A stretch of 64,000 nt of DNA. Source: Eledone cirrhosa (Eukaryota). Both the position numbers and the translations under genes were made by a program. The notes below the pieces were generated by a model that ran no database searches, had not been told where the DNA came from, and saw nothing but the letters and a program-made list of their open reading frames with translations. The DNA is taken from positions 82,894,001 to 82,958,000 of the forward strand of contig OZ024742.1 in assembly GCA_964016885.1 (NCBI GenBank). Reading direction: 5' to 3'. Positions 63,039 to 64,000 of the stretch are shown one piece after another. How positions within the stretch are numbered: position 1 is the first letter of the stretch; each line of letters starts with the position of its first letter.

Positions 63039-63489
63039 GGAATACTGTTGGCTTTTTGCTACAAAGTTTTCTATACCTATTCGTTTATACATATGTATAT
63101 ATATATATCTGTGTGTGTATGTGTGTATATATATATAATATATATATATATTTGTAGTAAGATGGCTTGGACGCGTCCAAAGGCAGTATGCAGGTTGAGC
63201 GCGGCTCACCACGGTAAGTAAGGTACTCAATACAAAGCAGAGTGTAAATATTTAATATAGAAAAGGCTTCCACGGAACTAGAATGTTTCATTCGGGAGGA
63301 ATCATGAGGATATATATATATATATATACACACACACGCATGTGTGTGTGTGTGTGTGTGTGTGTGTTTCTCTGTGTGTGTATGTCGGTGTATATATATA
63401 TATATACATATCAATGACAAAGCGCACATCGCACTTCACCAATTGTAAATGTAATGAGAATGTTACACCTCCTCCATATTATTATTCTT

Positions 63490-63680
63490 GGTGTCCGTGT
63501 CGCTAGAGCGTCGGACAGAATTCTTTGCAGCATAGAGTTACGGCATTTAGGGTCCGAGGTTAACTTTGCCTTTCATCCTTACGGGGTCGATAAAATAAAG
63601 GACCAGTAACGTACTGCGGTCGATTTTATCGACTTTCCCCATCCCCCAAATTACTGGCCTTGTGCCTATACTAGAATTTA
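63490..63680 (+). mobile_element. tRNA-derived SINE, diverged
   Basis: gaggttaactttgcctttcatccttacggggtcgataaaataaag matches the other copies. Confidence 0.8.
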
Positions 63681-63821
63681 TTGTTACACTCTGCTTGGTA
63701 CAACCCCAAAGTACATACTGGAGAATACTCGTCGAGTGGTCACTTTGGTGAATCTGCAGTAACTTGACTTTACAATCCCTATATACTGTATATATGTTTA
63801 TGTATGTATGTATGTCTATAT

Positions 63822-63950
<129 letters not shown>

Positions 63951-64000
63951 TATATAGAGAGAGAGAGGAGAGTGAGAGAGAGAGAGATACAATATAAGTC

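Overview
AT-rich eukaryotic DNA dense in microsatellites ((TA)n, (CA)n, (TATG)n, (TTC)n). The tRNA-derived SINE and the repeat landscape suggest a cephalopod (octopus-like) genome; that is inference. I find no intact host protein-coding gene, and most ORF-track entries are microsatellite translations. The window is a mosaic of decayed mobile elements: an eroded Ty3/Gypsy gag-pol interrupted by a non-autonomous Helitron, R4/Dong-, CR1-, Tx1-, RTE- and CRE-type LINE fragments, a Chapaev3-type DNA transposon with TIRs and a TAA target duplication, many SINEs, several Penelope-like elements (PLEs), and a 3.5-kb tandem duplication. The main hidden signal is RNA structure. About nine sequence-unrelated repeat families each carry a type I hammerhead ribozyme (HHR) motif. 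The most notable is a near-identical ~500-bp tandem array (33656-35057) with one minimal HHR per unit and an octamer motif in the two complete units, i.e. a retrozyme/newt-satellite-2-like candidate for self-cleaving circular RNA. Several short palindromic inserts appear to have their symmetry axis in HHR stem II. All family assignments and folds were made by eye; no search or folding program was run.
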